64,000 bases of DNA from a virus. Both the position numbers and the translations under genes were made by a program. Location: positions 32,001 to 96,000 of the IMG/VR virus record IMGVR_UViG_3300021962_000046, one strand, 5' to 3'. Each line of letters begins with the position of its first letter. Within the stretch, counting starts at the first letter, position 1. Positions 37,116 to 45,890 of the stretch are shown piece by piece. The notes under the pieces are model-generated. The model had not been told where the DNA came from, did not search any database, and saw only the letters and a list, made by a program, of their open reading frames with translations.

Positions 37116-37355
37116 TTACCTTCTTTTTGCTGATGCCTTGCGTTTTTCTTTTTCCATTTCTTCGTGTTCTTTGTTCTTCTGCTCAATGAACCTTTCAATA
37201 AGAAACTTTCTTTCATGTATTTGCAGGCGCATGCAATCAAAGCGATTCATATGCATATGATACTGGAAAAAGAAAATCTCTTCAGCCAAGTTTTTCCACA
37301 GAATTAAACTTGGCTCTTCTCCTTCCTTTTGCGCCGTGGGAAGAAAAAATTTGCT
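37116..37355 (-). CDS. gp51-like ORF in the -1 frame of the gp26-like gene (not in the ORF track)
   Basis: 80-codon open frame SKFFLPTAQ...LWKNLAEEIFFFQYHMHMNRFDCMRLQIHERKFLIERFIEQKNKE...RR*, starting exactly at a slippery site. Confidence 0.7.
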   Translation of the reverse strand, partial: SKFFLPTAQKEGEEPSLILWKNLAEEIFFFQYHMHMNRFDCMRLQIHERKFLIERFIEQKNKEHEEMEKEKRKASAKRR

Positions 37356-38356
37356 TCAAGAGGAAGTTCGATTTCAAATTCTTCACTAGACATAGGAGAA
37401 ACAATTGTAACCTTGGTATCGACACCAAAAGGAGGATCATTAACAACGCTTCTAATGTAAGAAAGGTCTTGGATTGGAAGACTTCTAAGAATGGTTTGAA
37501 TTTCATTTTTTGCTGTGATGTTACCAATTGATTCAACTAACTGACTGGTTCTGAAAATCAAAGTGTCATCACTTGCTTGATCTCCGAATTGACGAAGTCT
37601 TCTTTCACGATATTCTTGAAGTTCAGTTTCATCCCTGCCCTTGGACAATCTGTAGGTAAATTTCAGATTGCTTTTTGGCAAAACATCCGTCATGTCACTT
37701 AATGAAAAATCATCTGGGCAAACATCCACAGGAAGACTGTTCAAGTCAATAGTGGTGCTGAACTTACGATCATTTTCTGGATCTTTTACTTCTACTTCAT
37801 AATCTGGGCCATAAGAAATACCACGAAGATAAATCAAAAGATAAGTTCTATCAGCAGACAATAAGTTTTCTGGCTTGAAGTTTTCTTTTATACATCTACT
37901 AAAAATCATATTGATTGCTTGACCCTTCTTAACAAATCTTGGTGTAGCCAAAATTTGTTCCTCTTCACCAGTCATAGGTCTAATGTGAATTTTTCCATCA
38001 GCAGGGCCGTCAGACCCATCATAAAACTTACCCATAGAAGGAAGCGTGATTTCCTCGTAAACCTCCGAATGACCTTTAAGGCTATCGAGAATAGATTGCA
38101 ATTCAGATGAGTTGGAATTGCCGGGATTCATTTTGTTGAAAGGTAAATTAGGATTGCCCATCATAGGATTGGGCATGGGAGGAGGAGGTGCAAAACCGGG
38201 AGGAGCTTGTGGTTGCACAGGAGGCATGCCACCATTTTGTTGTTGAAGCTTTTCGAGGAATTCTTTTGGAACATTTCCTGAAAACTTGATGGGTGTTTCG
38301 CCCCCCGCTCCGGGGATGCCTTCAGGTCTTTGTGGCTTAAAAACATCGTCGCTCAT
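37304..38356 (-). CDS. gp26-like baseplate hub/tail assembly chaperone
   Basis: ITLPSMGKFY, IRPMTGEEEQIL, DRTYLLIYLRGISYG.DY, C-terminal LPLEANFFFP. Confidence 0.75.
   Translation of the reverse strand: MSDDVFKPQRPEGIPGAGGETPIKFSGNVPKEFLEKLQQQNGGMPPVQPQAPPGFAPPPPMPNPMMGNPNLPFNKMNPGNSNSSELQSILDSLKGHSEVYEEITLPSMGKFYDGSDGPADGKIHIRPMTGEEEQILATPRFVKKGQAINMIFSRCIKENFKPENLLSADRTYLLIYLRGISYGPDYEVEVKDPENDRKFSTTIDLNSLPVDVCPDDFSLSDMTDVLPKSNLKFTYRLSKGRDETELQEYRERRLRQFGDQASDDTLIFRTSQLVESIGNITAKNEIQTILRSLPIQDLSYIRSVVNDPPFGVDTKVTIVSPMSSEEFEIELPLEANFFFPRRKRKEKSQV
37343..37352 (-). promoter_or_regulatory. -1 ribosomal frameshift slippery site
   Basis: In-frame A AAT TTT and T TTT TTC heptamers (X XXY YYZ). 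Confidence 0.65.
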
Positions 38357-38391
38357 ATTTTTCTCCCTTTAATTCAGCATTATAATAGTAT

Positions 38392-38760
38392 ATGATTTTA
38401 ATTTTAACCATCAACAATGTAGAAAAAATAATTTTTAATGATAAAAAAATTTTTGATGTAATACCAAGCTATCGTTACATCTATGAAACATGGTTGATGT
38501 CTGTAAGAGTTCCTTTTTTGAAAAACATGGGTCAAAAAGCTTTGTATGATTTCATAATGACCATCAATGATGATGACATTGAAAAGATAAGCTTATACCT
38601 AGGAAAGGAGATTAAAGTAATCCGTGGTGATCTAAAAAAAGTAAATTATTTCGATACCACTATAAATTCATTTGAATTTGATATAAAAGAAGACTTTAAT
38701 TTTACAGACATTTGTATTTATAGGCGTGGTGAAAATATTAAGGTGCTTTCATGGAAATAA
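38392..38760 (+). CDS. Hypothetical protein
   Basis: ORF with TATAAT 5 nt upstream of the ATG. Confidence 0.6.
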   Translation: MILILTINNVEKIIFNDKKIFDVIPSYRYIYETWLMSVRVPFLKNMGQKALYDFIMTINDDDIEKISLYLGKEIKVIRGDLKKVNYFDTTINSFEFDIKEDFNFTDICIYRRGENIKVLSWK

Positions 38761-39086
38761 ATTGGTTTTTAAATTCATTGATCTGGGTTTTTGGCTGTAT
38801 CGGTATGACGCAGATTATAGTTGAAGGTGCCATTTTCATTCCTGTAAAAGAATTTCTAAAGAAGTTCATGCCGTCTTTTTTCATGAAAATGATGGATTGC
38901 TATCAATGTTGTGGTTTTTGGTGTGGCGTATTTATGACAAGCATTTATATTCTGCCTAATTTTGAAAATTACTACGAGTTGGCCAAGATTTTTGTTGGAG
39001 GGTGTGCTTCATCTTTTCTTTCCTCTTTTGTTTCTGTTTTACTAGTTTATTTAGAAGCTAATACCCTTTTGAGAAATGGAGATTAA
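38751..39086 (+). CDS. Membrane protein with CxxC motif (DUF1360-like)
   Basis: Three hydrophobic segments; CYQCCGFWCG. Confidence 0.6.
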   Translation: MEINWFLNSLIWVFGCIGMTQIIVEGAIFIPVKEFLKKFMPSFFMKMMDCYQCCGFWCGVFMTSIYILPNFENYYELAKIFVGGCASSFLSSFVSVLLVYLEANTLLRNGD

Positions 39087-39089
39087 AAT

Positions 39090-39467
39090 ATGGCTAAAAT
39101 TAATCTTTTAGATATAAAAAATGCTTTAAAAGATCCTAATTTTAGGGAAACACTACCGCCTTCCTTGAAACCAGACCTTGACAAGGTCATGGCAAATCCA
39201 AATTGTTCATGCAACATGAAGTTGTATCAAAAGATTATGCAAGAAGCACCAGATGCGGTAAAAGCCTTTTTTCCTCAAAAAGAGTATGAAGCACCTGCTG
39301 AGGAAGTAAAGCAAATAATGCAAAATAACTGGACAGTAATCAATTGTAGTATTGGTGAACTTGAAGGCAGGTTGAAGTCATTGACACCGGGAAGAAAACA
39401 AGTTGCAATGTCCAGATGGGAAGATCAAGTAACAGTAATTGTCAATGATTTGGATGTAGTTTTTTAG
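39090..39467 (+). CDS. Hypothetical protein
   Basis: 125-aa ORF in operon, GGAG SD. Confidence 0.65.
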   Translation: MAKINLLDIKNALKDPNFRETLPPSLKPDLDKVMANPNCSCNMKLYQKIMQEAPDAVKAFFPQKEYEAPAEEVKQIMQNNWTVINCSIGELEGRLKSLTPGRKQVAMSRWEDQVTVIVNDLDVVF

Positions 39468-39488
39468 TAAAATTTAAATATATAATTC

Positions 39489-40340
39489 ATGGAAATTAAT
39501 TTTCGTGAATTCTTTTTGGGTTCTTACAAAAAAGATTTAAATGTTTTAAAAATAGATAGCTTTCTGAAGGCAATTCAGAAAGCTAAAAATCTTTTGTTGA
39601 AAAGTCTTCATCTTTATGAAAATATAAATGAAGATGTTTGGGACATGATAGACAATTTTGAAAACAACATACTGAGAAACAAAAGATTTCAACAGTACAT
39701 GTTGGATAATTATCAAGCAAAAATAATCAAAGATACAATTGAAGAACCAGATGGATTCAAGCGTTCCAAGGGTGGTGAGAGTGTAGGCTATTTCTTTAAA
39801 AACAATATAGTTGTTAAGTTTTTATATTCTGGCGACTACATGGATGAGATGAATATAGCCAATACAATTGCTGGCAAAGTAGAAACAGTACCAGTTCTGG
39901 ATGTTATGTTTGCAAAGAATTCTGTCACGCAAGAAGAATTTCCAATTATTATCATGAAGAAATTGGAGACATCACCAATTGAAAGAAGTGGCACTATCAA
40001 GGTGGCATCCTCAATAATATCAGATTGGTGTCTAAATGTTCAGCAAAAAATAATTGAAAAACCAGAAATCGAGATAGAAGAAATAAAAGATCTATTAAGT
40101 TTTGAAAAAATAGTGGAAATAAAAAAACCTTCAAAAACATTGCAGCAAGCCATGCAAGACATCCTCACCATAGTTAATGATGTTTACAACGAAACAGGCT
40201 ATGTTATAGGTGGAGATTATTCACAAGGACAAAATCTTGGGGTTGCTGCAAAGTCTAAAAAAATTCAAACATTTGATTTAGGCAGAGGAATAAAACATAG
40301 ATCTCAAGAAACTAAGTCAATAAAGACAATTACTTTTTAA
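39489..40340 (+). CDS. Protein-kinase-like fold protein
   Basis: SKGGESVGY (Gly loop), IVVKF, DEMN (helix C Glu), IIMKKL, GDYSQGQNLG (catalytic loop), TFDLG (DFG-like). Confidence 0.55.
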   Translation: MEINFREFFLGSYKKDLNVLKIDSFLKAIQKAKNLLLKSLHLYENINEDVWDMIDNFENNILRNKRFQQYMLDNYQAKIIKDTIEEPDGFKRSKGGESVGYFFKNNIVVKFLYSGDYMDEMNIANTIAGKVETVPVLDVMFAKNSVTQEEFPIIIMKKLETSPIERSGTIKVASSIISDWCLNVQQKIIEKPEIEIEEIKDLLSFEKIVEIKKPSKTLQQAMQDILTIVNDVYNETGYVIGGDYSQGQNLGVAAKSKKIQTFDLGRGIKHRSQETKSIKTITF

Positions 40341-41082
40341 CTTCTGCCATACGCATATTGTTCATAATATTGTTTATTTTATCAATCATACTTTCTGGAT
40401 ATTCTTTATATTTTTTAATCCACATAGGATATTCATCATATATGTCCCGTTTTTGACCAGCATATAACGCATTTTTATAAATTTTCAAAGCATCCATATA
40501 CTTTTTCATGTCAAGAAGCATATCTCCCCACAAACACCAAAGCTCAGACATTTCAGGTTTATATGCCAAGCAAACAGTTAAATGCTCTATTGCTTTTGAA
40601 CTGTTTTTCATTTTGAAATAATAAGTCAAAGCAAGATAGTATTTTATAAATACAAAATCTGGACTTAAAACACTATTATAGAAAATCCATTTTTCTGCCT
40701 CTAATAAAAACTTCTCCCATTCTTGTTTCTGAAAAAAACTAGAAACTTTTTTGTTAATGACAGGTTGTTTTATATTGGTTTTTGTTTTCAATATAGTTGG
40801 AGAATTGCCATAACCATCGCTCGATACAAAATCATTTCTTTTAATTATCCACTCAGAGTCTGTTACTGACACTATGTTTGATGCAGTCTTGAAATCCAAA
40901 AATCTTATCTCTTCATCGCCATTTAAAAATAACATTTTTGATACATTGTTTTCTATCATAATCTGACTTATTTTTTGTTCTTCTTGTTCTATATTTTCAA
41001 AAATATAGTCAGCAAATTTTTCATAATATTCTTTATTATCAGCTATTTTTAGTACTATTGCTGTTTTGTAAATCTGAGACAT
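40330..41082 (-). CDS. TPR-repeat protein
   Basis: YYLALTYY...AIEHL..CL...PEMSELWCLWGD......Y.DALKIYKNAL. Confidence 0.7.
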   Translation of the reverse strand: MSQIYKTAIVLKIADNKEYYEKFADYIFENIEQEEQKISQIMIENNVSKMLFLNGDEEIRFLDFKTASNIVSVTDSEWIIKRNDFVSSDGYGNSPTILKTKTNIKQPVINKKVSSFFQKQEWEKFLLEAEKWIFYNSVLSPDFVFIKYYLALTYYFKMKNSSKAIEHLTVCLAYKPEMSELWCLWGDMLLDMKKYMDALKIYKNALYAGQKRDIYDEYPMWIKKYKEYPESMIDKINNIMNNMRMAEVKK

Positions 41083-41232
41083 GTGAAAATACTTCTGATT
41101 GAAATTTTAAATTTTGCTTAGATAATTCTATACTAATATCGTTGAGCAAATAAAATTTTTCTGGATTAAGTAAATATTCCAATAAAAAGTTTATTACTTG
41201 TTTCATATATTGAATTTAGTTTTTGGAGGAAA

Positions 41233-41772
41233 ATGTCTACAGAGTACCTTAACAATAAAGCTTTCGAGACAATTATAATTAAGTTTCAGGAATCAAAAAG
41301 AAACAGACAAAAATATAAAATACTTAAAAAAGACCATGATATACAAAGCGCAGTATTCGCATTAAACAAAATGTCTTTAAAAACACCAGATTGGCTCACC
41401 AAAGAGAATCATGTAAAAATTGAAGAGGAATACTTGGAAGCACAATCAATCCTTGCAGAAGCTTTTTATACTCTATCACAAAATATTGTTAGATATGCAA
41501 AATTTTCTAATATTGATGAAGATGATGCTGTTCAAGAAGGTGTGCTGATTTGTTTTGAAAGAGCAGAGAAATTTGACCCAGAAAAGGGCAAGGCATTCAA
41601 TTACATGACTACCTGTATACTTAATCATTTTAGACAACTATGGAGAACTGCCAAAAACTATAATGAATTGAAAAAGAAATATAAAGAAATATTCCAAGCA
41701 ACTATTGACTCAGCCATGCTTCCAAGAAGAAAAGAAAAGAAAGTAAATTATAATCCAAATAATTTAAGATAA
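41233..41772 (+). CDS. gp55-like late sigma factor (region 2 only)
   Basis: YLNNKAF N-terminus; DDAVQEG...CFERAEKFDPEKGKAFNYMT.CI.N.F. Confidence 0.8.
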   Translation: MSTEYLNNKAFETIIIKFQESKRNRQKYKILKKDHDIQSAVFALNKMSLKTPDWLTKENHVKIEEEYLEAQSILAEAFYTLSQNIVRYAKFSNIDEDDAVQEGVLICFERAEKFDPEKGKAFNYMTTCILNHFRQLWRTAKNYNELKKKYKEIFQATIDSAMLPRRKEKKVNYNPNNLR

Positions 41773-41809
41773 ATTTGATATTTTAAATTAAAAACATATA
41801 ATATAACAT

Positions 41810-42049
41810 ATGAAAAAGAATTTTTTAGAAATATTAGAAAAGCAAGAAATAATTGAATTGCTTGAAAAAAGAGGTTTTGCAAAAGCAATAGATGCATTGC
41901 TGACAAATGAAAACAAGGTCTACACTAAAAAAGGTAGGCTTAATAAAAGTGGTGCATGTAGGGTTCTTGGATTGAAGCCCAAAGAACTAGATGAATTCTT
42001 GGCAAAATGCAGAGAAGCTATATCAGCACATGAATTCTTGGAAAATTAA
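41810..42049 (+). CDS. Small HTH protein (sigma region-4-like)
   Basis: LNKSGACRVLGLKPKELDEFLAKCRE. Confidence 0.55.
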   Translation: MKKNFLEILEKQEIIELLEKRGFAKAIDALLTNENKVYTKKGRLNKSGACRVLGLKPKELDEFLAKCREAISAHEFLEN

Positions 42050-42561
42050 CAGTTGCTTTCTTGTATCAAATAAGCTCTGTCGAATCTAAGAGTTAGATCT
42101 ATTTTCATTATGTCGTTTGTTCCCATGTCTACTTCGCCAAAATTGACTTCCTGTGGCCAAGCATTCTCATAAGTCCAACTTTCCAAAGCAACACCACACC
42201 CATCATACATGGTTATTGTTGCATTCTTTTTAAATCCACCAGTAGAAGACCTATAAATTCCTGTTTTAGGATTATAAAACTGCAAAATCCAATTGTAAAC
42301 AGGATTTAAAATAGGTTCATTTTTGTATGTATCGTCATACAAAGTGACAGACATGGATTTGTAATCGATTTTACCCGGAAAATATATTTGTTCACTCAGA
42401 TGTTGAACATCCAATTCTTTAAAACTGTAGCTAGGCCTTGCAGCTTTCTGTGGTAATTTTGCCCTTACACCAGTACCAACAATACCATCTATGAAAAAAA
42501 GAAATCTAAATGTACTTTTGTAGGTTGCATCAAAATTTGGAAAACTCATGTTTATTGGCAT
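42046..42561 (-). CDS. Tail tube protein (gp19-like), copy 2
   Basis: RFLF, AARPS, YFPGK, VTLYD, W.YENAWPQEVNFGEVD, LTLRFD. Confidence 0.88.
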   Translation of the reverse strand: MPINMSFPNFDATYKSTFRFLFFIDGIVGTGVRAKLPQKAARPSYSFKELDVQHLSEQIYFPGKIDYKSMSVTLYDDTYKNEPILNPVYNWILQFYNPKTGIYRSSTGGFKKNATITMYDGCGVALESWTYENAWPQEVNFGEVDMGTNDIMKIDLTLRFDRAYLIQESNC

Positions 42562-42583
42562 GATTACATCCTATGAATGTTTT

Positions 42584-42591
42584 TATTTATA
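42584..42591 (-). promoter_or_regulatory. T4-type late promoter TATAAATA
   Basis: Exact T4 late consensus 22 nt upstream of the tail-tube ATG. Confidence 0.55.
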
Positions 42592-42597
42592 TATGCG

Positions 42598-42629
42598 ACA
42601 AGGGGGATAGTTGTTGCTATCCCCCTTGT
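42598..42629. terminator. Stem-loop between the two tail tube genes
   Basis: acaagggggatag...ctatcccccttgt, 13-bp stem. Confidence 0.7.
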
Positions 42630-42654
42630 AAAATAGTTTTTAGAAAATATTTTA

Positions 42655-43260
42655 TTAGGCCAATGCGCCGATAGAAACACCATCGCATTGTCTGTTGCAG
42701 TAAGGTGTAACCTTCGCACCGCAAACTGGATTGGCTTCCCATCTTGCGAACTGATAACGCAAGGTAACTTCGATGGTGGATTCCTCATTGTTGGTGTAAT
42801 CCAAGTCACCAAAGTTAACGCTTTGTGGCCAGCATTGGATTAAATACCAGTTTTCCAACCAATCACCGCAACCATCATACAATGTAAGAACACCAGTAGC
42901 TGTGTAGTCAATAGTTCTAGTATTCATCGTTGGGTTGTTACGAGAATTTGGTGTGAAGAAGTTGTAAACACTAGCAATCCAGTTGTAAACATTTAGTGTT
43001 GTGTCTGTTCTTGTTGGTGTTACATCAATCCAAGTAACAGTAATTGTTTCAAATGTGGCCTTGCCGGGAATAAACATTTTACCATGTAAAAAGTTTAGTT
43101 CTGTTTCTTCGATAGTCACATTTGGTCTTGCGGCTACTTTGACGAAATCAGGTGGAATTACAGAACCGCCAGCACCGATGACGCTGAATGTCCACCTAAA
43201 CTTCCTCTTAAAGCCGATATCGGGATTACCAAGTCTCCCTATACCCATTTGTATTGGCAT
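42655..43260 (-). CDS. Tail tube protein (gp19-like), copy 1
   Basis: KRKFRW, AARPN, IPGKATF..ITVT, CWPQSVNFGDLDY, VTLRYQ. Confidence 0.9.
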   Translation of the reverse strand: MPIQMGIGRLGNPDIGFKRKFRWTFSVIGAGGSVIPPDFVKVAARPNVTIEETELNFLHGKMFIPGKATFETITVTWIDVTPTRTDTTLNVYNWIASVYNFFTPNSRNNPTMNTRTIDYTATGVLTLYDGCGDWLENWYLIQCWPQSVNFGDLDYTNNEESTIEVTLRYQFARWEANPVCGAKVTPYCNRQCDGVSIGALA

Positions 43261-43290
43261 ATTATTTCTCCTTCTATTTAAAAATATCTA

Positions 43291-45666
43291 TTAAGCAAGT
43301 ACCTCGGTATTTTCATTGAATGTTCCTGTACGATGCAAGGAGAATTCAATGAAGATGAATTCGGCTGCACGGACTGGTTGGACACCAATTCTGGCTCTCA
43401 TTTCATTTCTGTCAATCACATCTGGTGGATTCAAGTCTTCATCGCACTTGATGATGTAGTCATAAATTCCTTGATTTATCTTAACTGGATCAATAATTCT
43501 TTGAGCCAAAGTTACAAATCTTTCTCTTAGTTGAGCGGTGTGTGGCTCAAACAATAGAGATTGGGACACATTCTTGACAGCCTTTTCAATATAGAACAAC
43601 ATTCTTCTAACATTGATTCTGTCTAGAGCGGTTGGTCTTCTCTGCAAAGTCTTCTGACCCCAAATTACAAAGTTGGAAGAACCAGCATAAGAAATAATTG
43701 GATTGATGGCATTGCCGTTGCCATACATCTGGTCTTTTTCCAAAGCTGTTGGTTTGTCTTGTACACCAAGAACACCGGGGCAAACACCACGGGTCAAACC
43801 AGCTGGAGCAAACCAAGGGAAAGCAATGCTGTCAGAACGAGCGATTGTGGCAAGAACAGAACCACTAGGTGGAGCAAAGACATTTAAGCCGTTGTAACCA
43901 TCTCTAATGGCAACCCAAGGCCAGTAAAGAGCAGCGAAATCGCTGTCTAGCTTCCTGTTGTTTAGTGGGTGAACACCATTCTGCCATTGAATGATTTCTT
44001 TTGGTGAGAAATTAGATGGTGGATCAATAATAGCCAAGCAATCTTGGCGATACTGTTCGCAAACAATAATCATATTTTCGATGACTCTTGTAGCAGAACG
44101 ACCGGGAGCAGCCAACAAGTCAATGTTTAACTGGTCTGGTTCGCTGAATGCATATAGTCCTGTATAAGCTACTGGACTACCGATGATTAAATCATCTTGT
44201 GCATCTGGATCTTCTGGCAAACCATCGGAGCCACCAGCAAGAAGAACAGGAGCGTCTAGTGGTGCAGGAGGTGCTGAAACATTAGTATTATCAACGGCTC
44301 TAATCCAATCGCTTACCAAGTTAATATAAGTTACAAAATAGTATCTTGAAGCTGGATCTTTAGTTAGATCACCCCATTGTTCGACAGGATTGCCTTCGTT
44401 GTATACTAAAATATTGAAAGTACCACCAACATTTTCAGTAACTTGAATTGATGTCACATTACCTTCAATGCCAGCACTATCTGCCGTTATTGTCATGCTT
44501 ATGTCACCAGCTGTGTTAGCTGTGCCGGTGACTACACCAAGGCTGGCAGTTGTGCCACTTGATGATCCTTTAGGGGAATCACCAGTAACAAAATTGTAAG
44601 TACTGTTATTCGTTAATCCTAGAGCAATTACACCTGTGCTTGCTTTCTTGACTGAAAGTCTCGCACCTTTACCAGCATCAATTGTCTTAATGTCAACAAA
44701 GTCACCGTTTGCAACAAACTCGAAACCACCAACTGGAATGGCATTGTTTAGAGCAGTTATAAGGGCTGCTGTGTTAACCTGTGCTGCTTTCAAGCCATCC
44801 AAATCCAGAGTTTGAACTATTCCATCGATAGATGTGTTTTCTGTACCATCTACAACAACTTGTAGATTCAAAGGACCGCTAAAAGCTGTAAAGTCCCAGT
44901 CACCAGCAGCGTGGTAAGCATCAACAGGATAGTAATCCTTATCACCTGACAATAAGGCTGGTGTCATTCCTGTACCAAGACCAACAACTGAGTTTGGTCC
45001 CATTAGATTGTTGTTTACAGATACATATTCAATAGTTGACTGAGTGCCATAAGCCCAAACAGATTCAACAGCAAGATATTCATCAGAAGCTGTGTCAATG
45101 TAAACTGAGAATTTAATACCATCAACAGAAAAATCTAGTTGTTCGTTTAATTCTGCAACAAGTTCAGAGGCCGATTTGGTAACTGAAGTAGCTGGAGATA
45201 CTGGGCCTAAAACAGTCAATGTTTTTGAAGCTTCAACACCATTTAACTTCCATTTGAAGAACTGGTCTTCAGAAAATGTAAATGGTCCAGCTTCATCACC
45301 AATTGCTTTAATCAAACCACCGGCAGCCAATAAGTCAACACTAGCAACTTGTGCTGCATCTGGACTTAGTTGGTCAACATCACCAACACGAACAACATAG
45401 ACTGAGTTACTTGTAATCAAAGCCTGTTGTGCAGCATAGATTAGGTAAGGATCAGTTGTTGCTGGATGAGGATTGCCAAACTTGAGGGCAAGCTCAGGAA
45501 GTGTGGAAACAAGGGTGGGTGTATTGAATGGTCCCTTGGAAGCAAATCCAACTAGTCCTATGTTTTGCAAAGTTGGAGTAGTAGCTGTATATGTTAAGTC
45601 CCTTTCAGTTATTCTGACTGAGGGGCTTATTGTGTTGGAAGGTGGGAAACCTTTTAATATTGCCAT
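43291..45666 (-). CDS. Contractile tail sheath protein (gp18-like)
   Basis: SPSVRITERD, VGFASKGP, ALYWPW, PPSG, PWFAPAGLTRG, INPI, WGQKTLQ, LDRINVRR, PVRAAEFI. Confidence 0.95.
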   Translation of the reverse strand: MAILKGFPPSNTISPSVRITERDLTYTATTPTLQNIGLVGFASKGPFNTPTLVSTLPELALKFGNPHPATTDPYLIYAAQQALITSNSVYVVRVGDVDQLSPDAAQVASVDLLAAGGLIKAIGDEAGPFTFSEDQFFKWKLNGVEASKTLTVLGPVSPATSVTKSASELVAELNEQLDFSVDGIKFSVYIDTASDEYLAVESVWAYGTQSTIEYVSVNNNLMGPNSVVGLGTGMTPALLSGDKDYYPVDAYHAAGDWDFTAFSGPLNLQVVVDGTENTSIDGIVQTLDLDGLKAAQVNTAALITALNNAIPVGGFEFVANGDFVDIKTIDAGKGARLSVKKASTGVIALGLTNNSTYNFVTGDSPKGSSSGTTASLGVVTGTANTAGDISMTITADSAGIEGNVTSIQVTENVGGTFNILVYNEGNPVEQWGDLTKDPASRYYFVTYINLVSDWIRAVDNTNVSAPPAPLDAPVLLAGGSDGLPEDPDAQDDLIIGSPVAYTGLYAFSEPDQLNIDLLAAPGRSATRVIENMIIVCEQYRQDCLAIIDPPSNFSPKEIIQWQNGVHPLNNRKLDSDFAALYWPWVAIRDGYNGLNVFAPPSGSVLATIARSDSIAFPWFAPAGLTRGVCPGVLGVQDKPTALEKDQMYGNGNAINPIISYAGSSNFVIWGQKTLQRRPTALDRINVRRMLFYIEKAVKNVSQSLLFEPHTAQLRERFVTLAQRIIDPVKINQGIYDYIIKCDEDLNPPDVIDRNEMRARIGVQPVRAAEFIFIEFSLHRTGTFNENTEVLA

Positions 45667-45683
45667 ATTCTATCTCCTGTGAC

Positions 45684-45890
45684 TTAAATATTAGTTACTT
45701 CCCTAGTCGATATAAGACCAGATCGTTCTGCTTGCTCTATATATATTGTTACTCTCTCATCTTCTAAAAGAAATTTATTTTTTTTATTTCCAATAGCTGG
45801 AAGATTTAGTGTTGTGAATGTTTTTGGTGCGAGTTTAGACTTGATTACAAGCTGTACTGGATATTTTTGTAAATTTGTAATCTCAATCAT
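45684..45890 (-). CDS. Hypothetical protein
   Basis: 68-aa ORF coupled (ATGA) to the upstream gene and preceding the sheath gene. Confidence 0.6.
   Translation of the reverse strand: MIEITNLQKYPVQLVIKSKLAPKTFTTLNLPAIGNKKNKFLLEDERVTIYIEQAERSGLISTREVTNI

Noticed and set aside
37282-37536. 84-aa alternative-frame ORF over the gp26-like 3' end as the frameshift product
   Set aside because: It is the +1 frame and stops at 37282; the gp51-like sequence is in the -1 frame.
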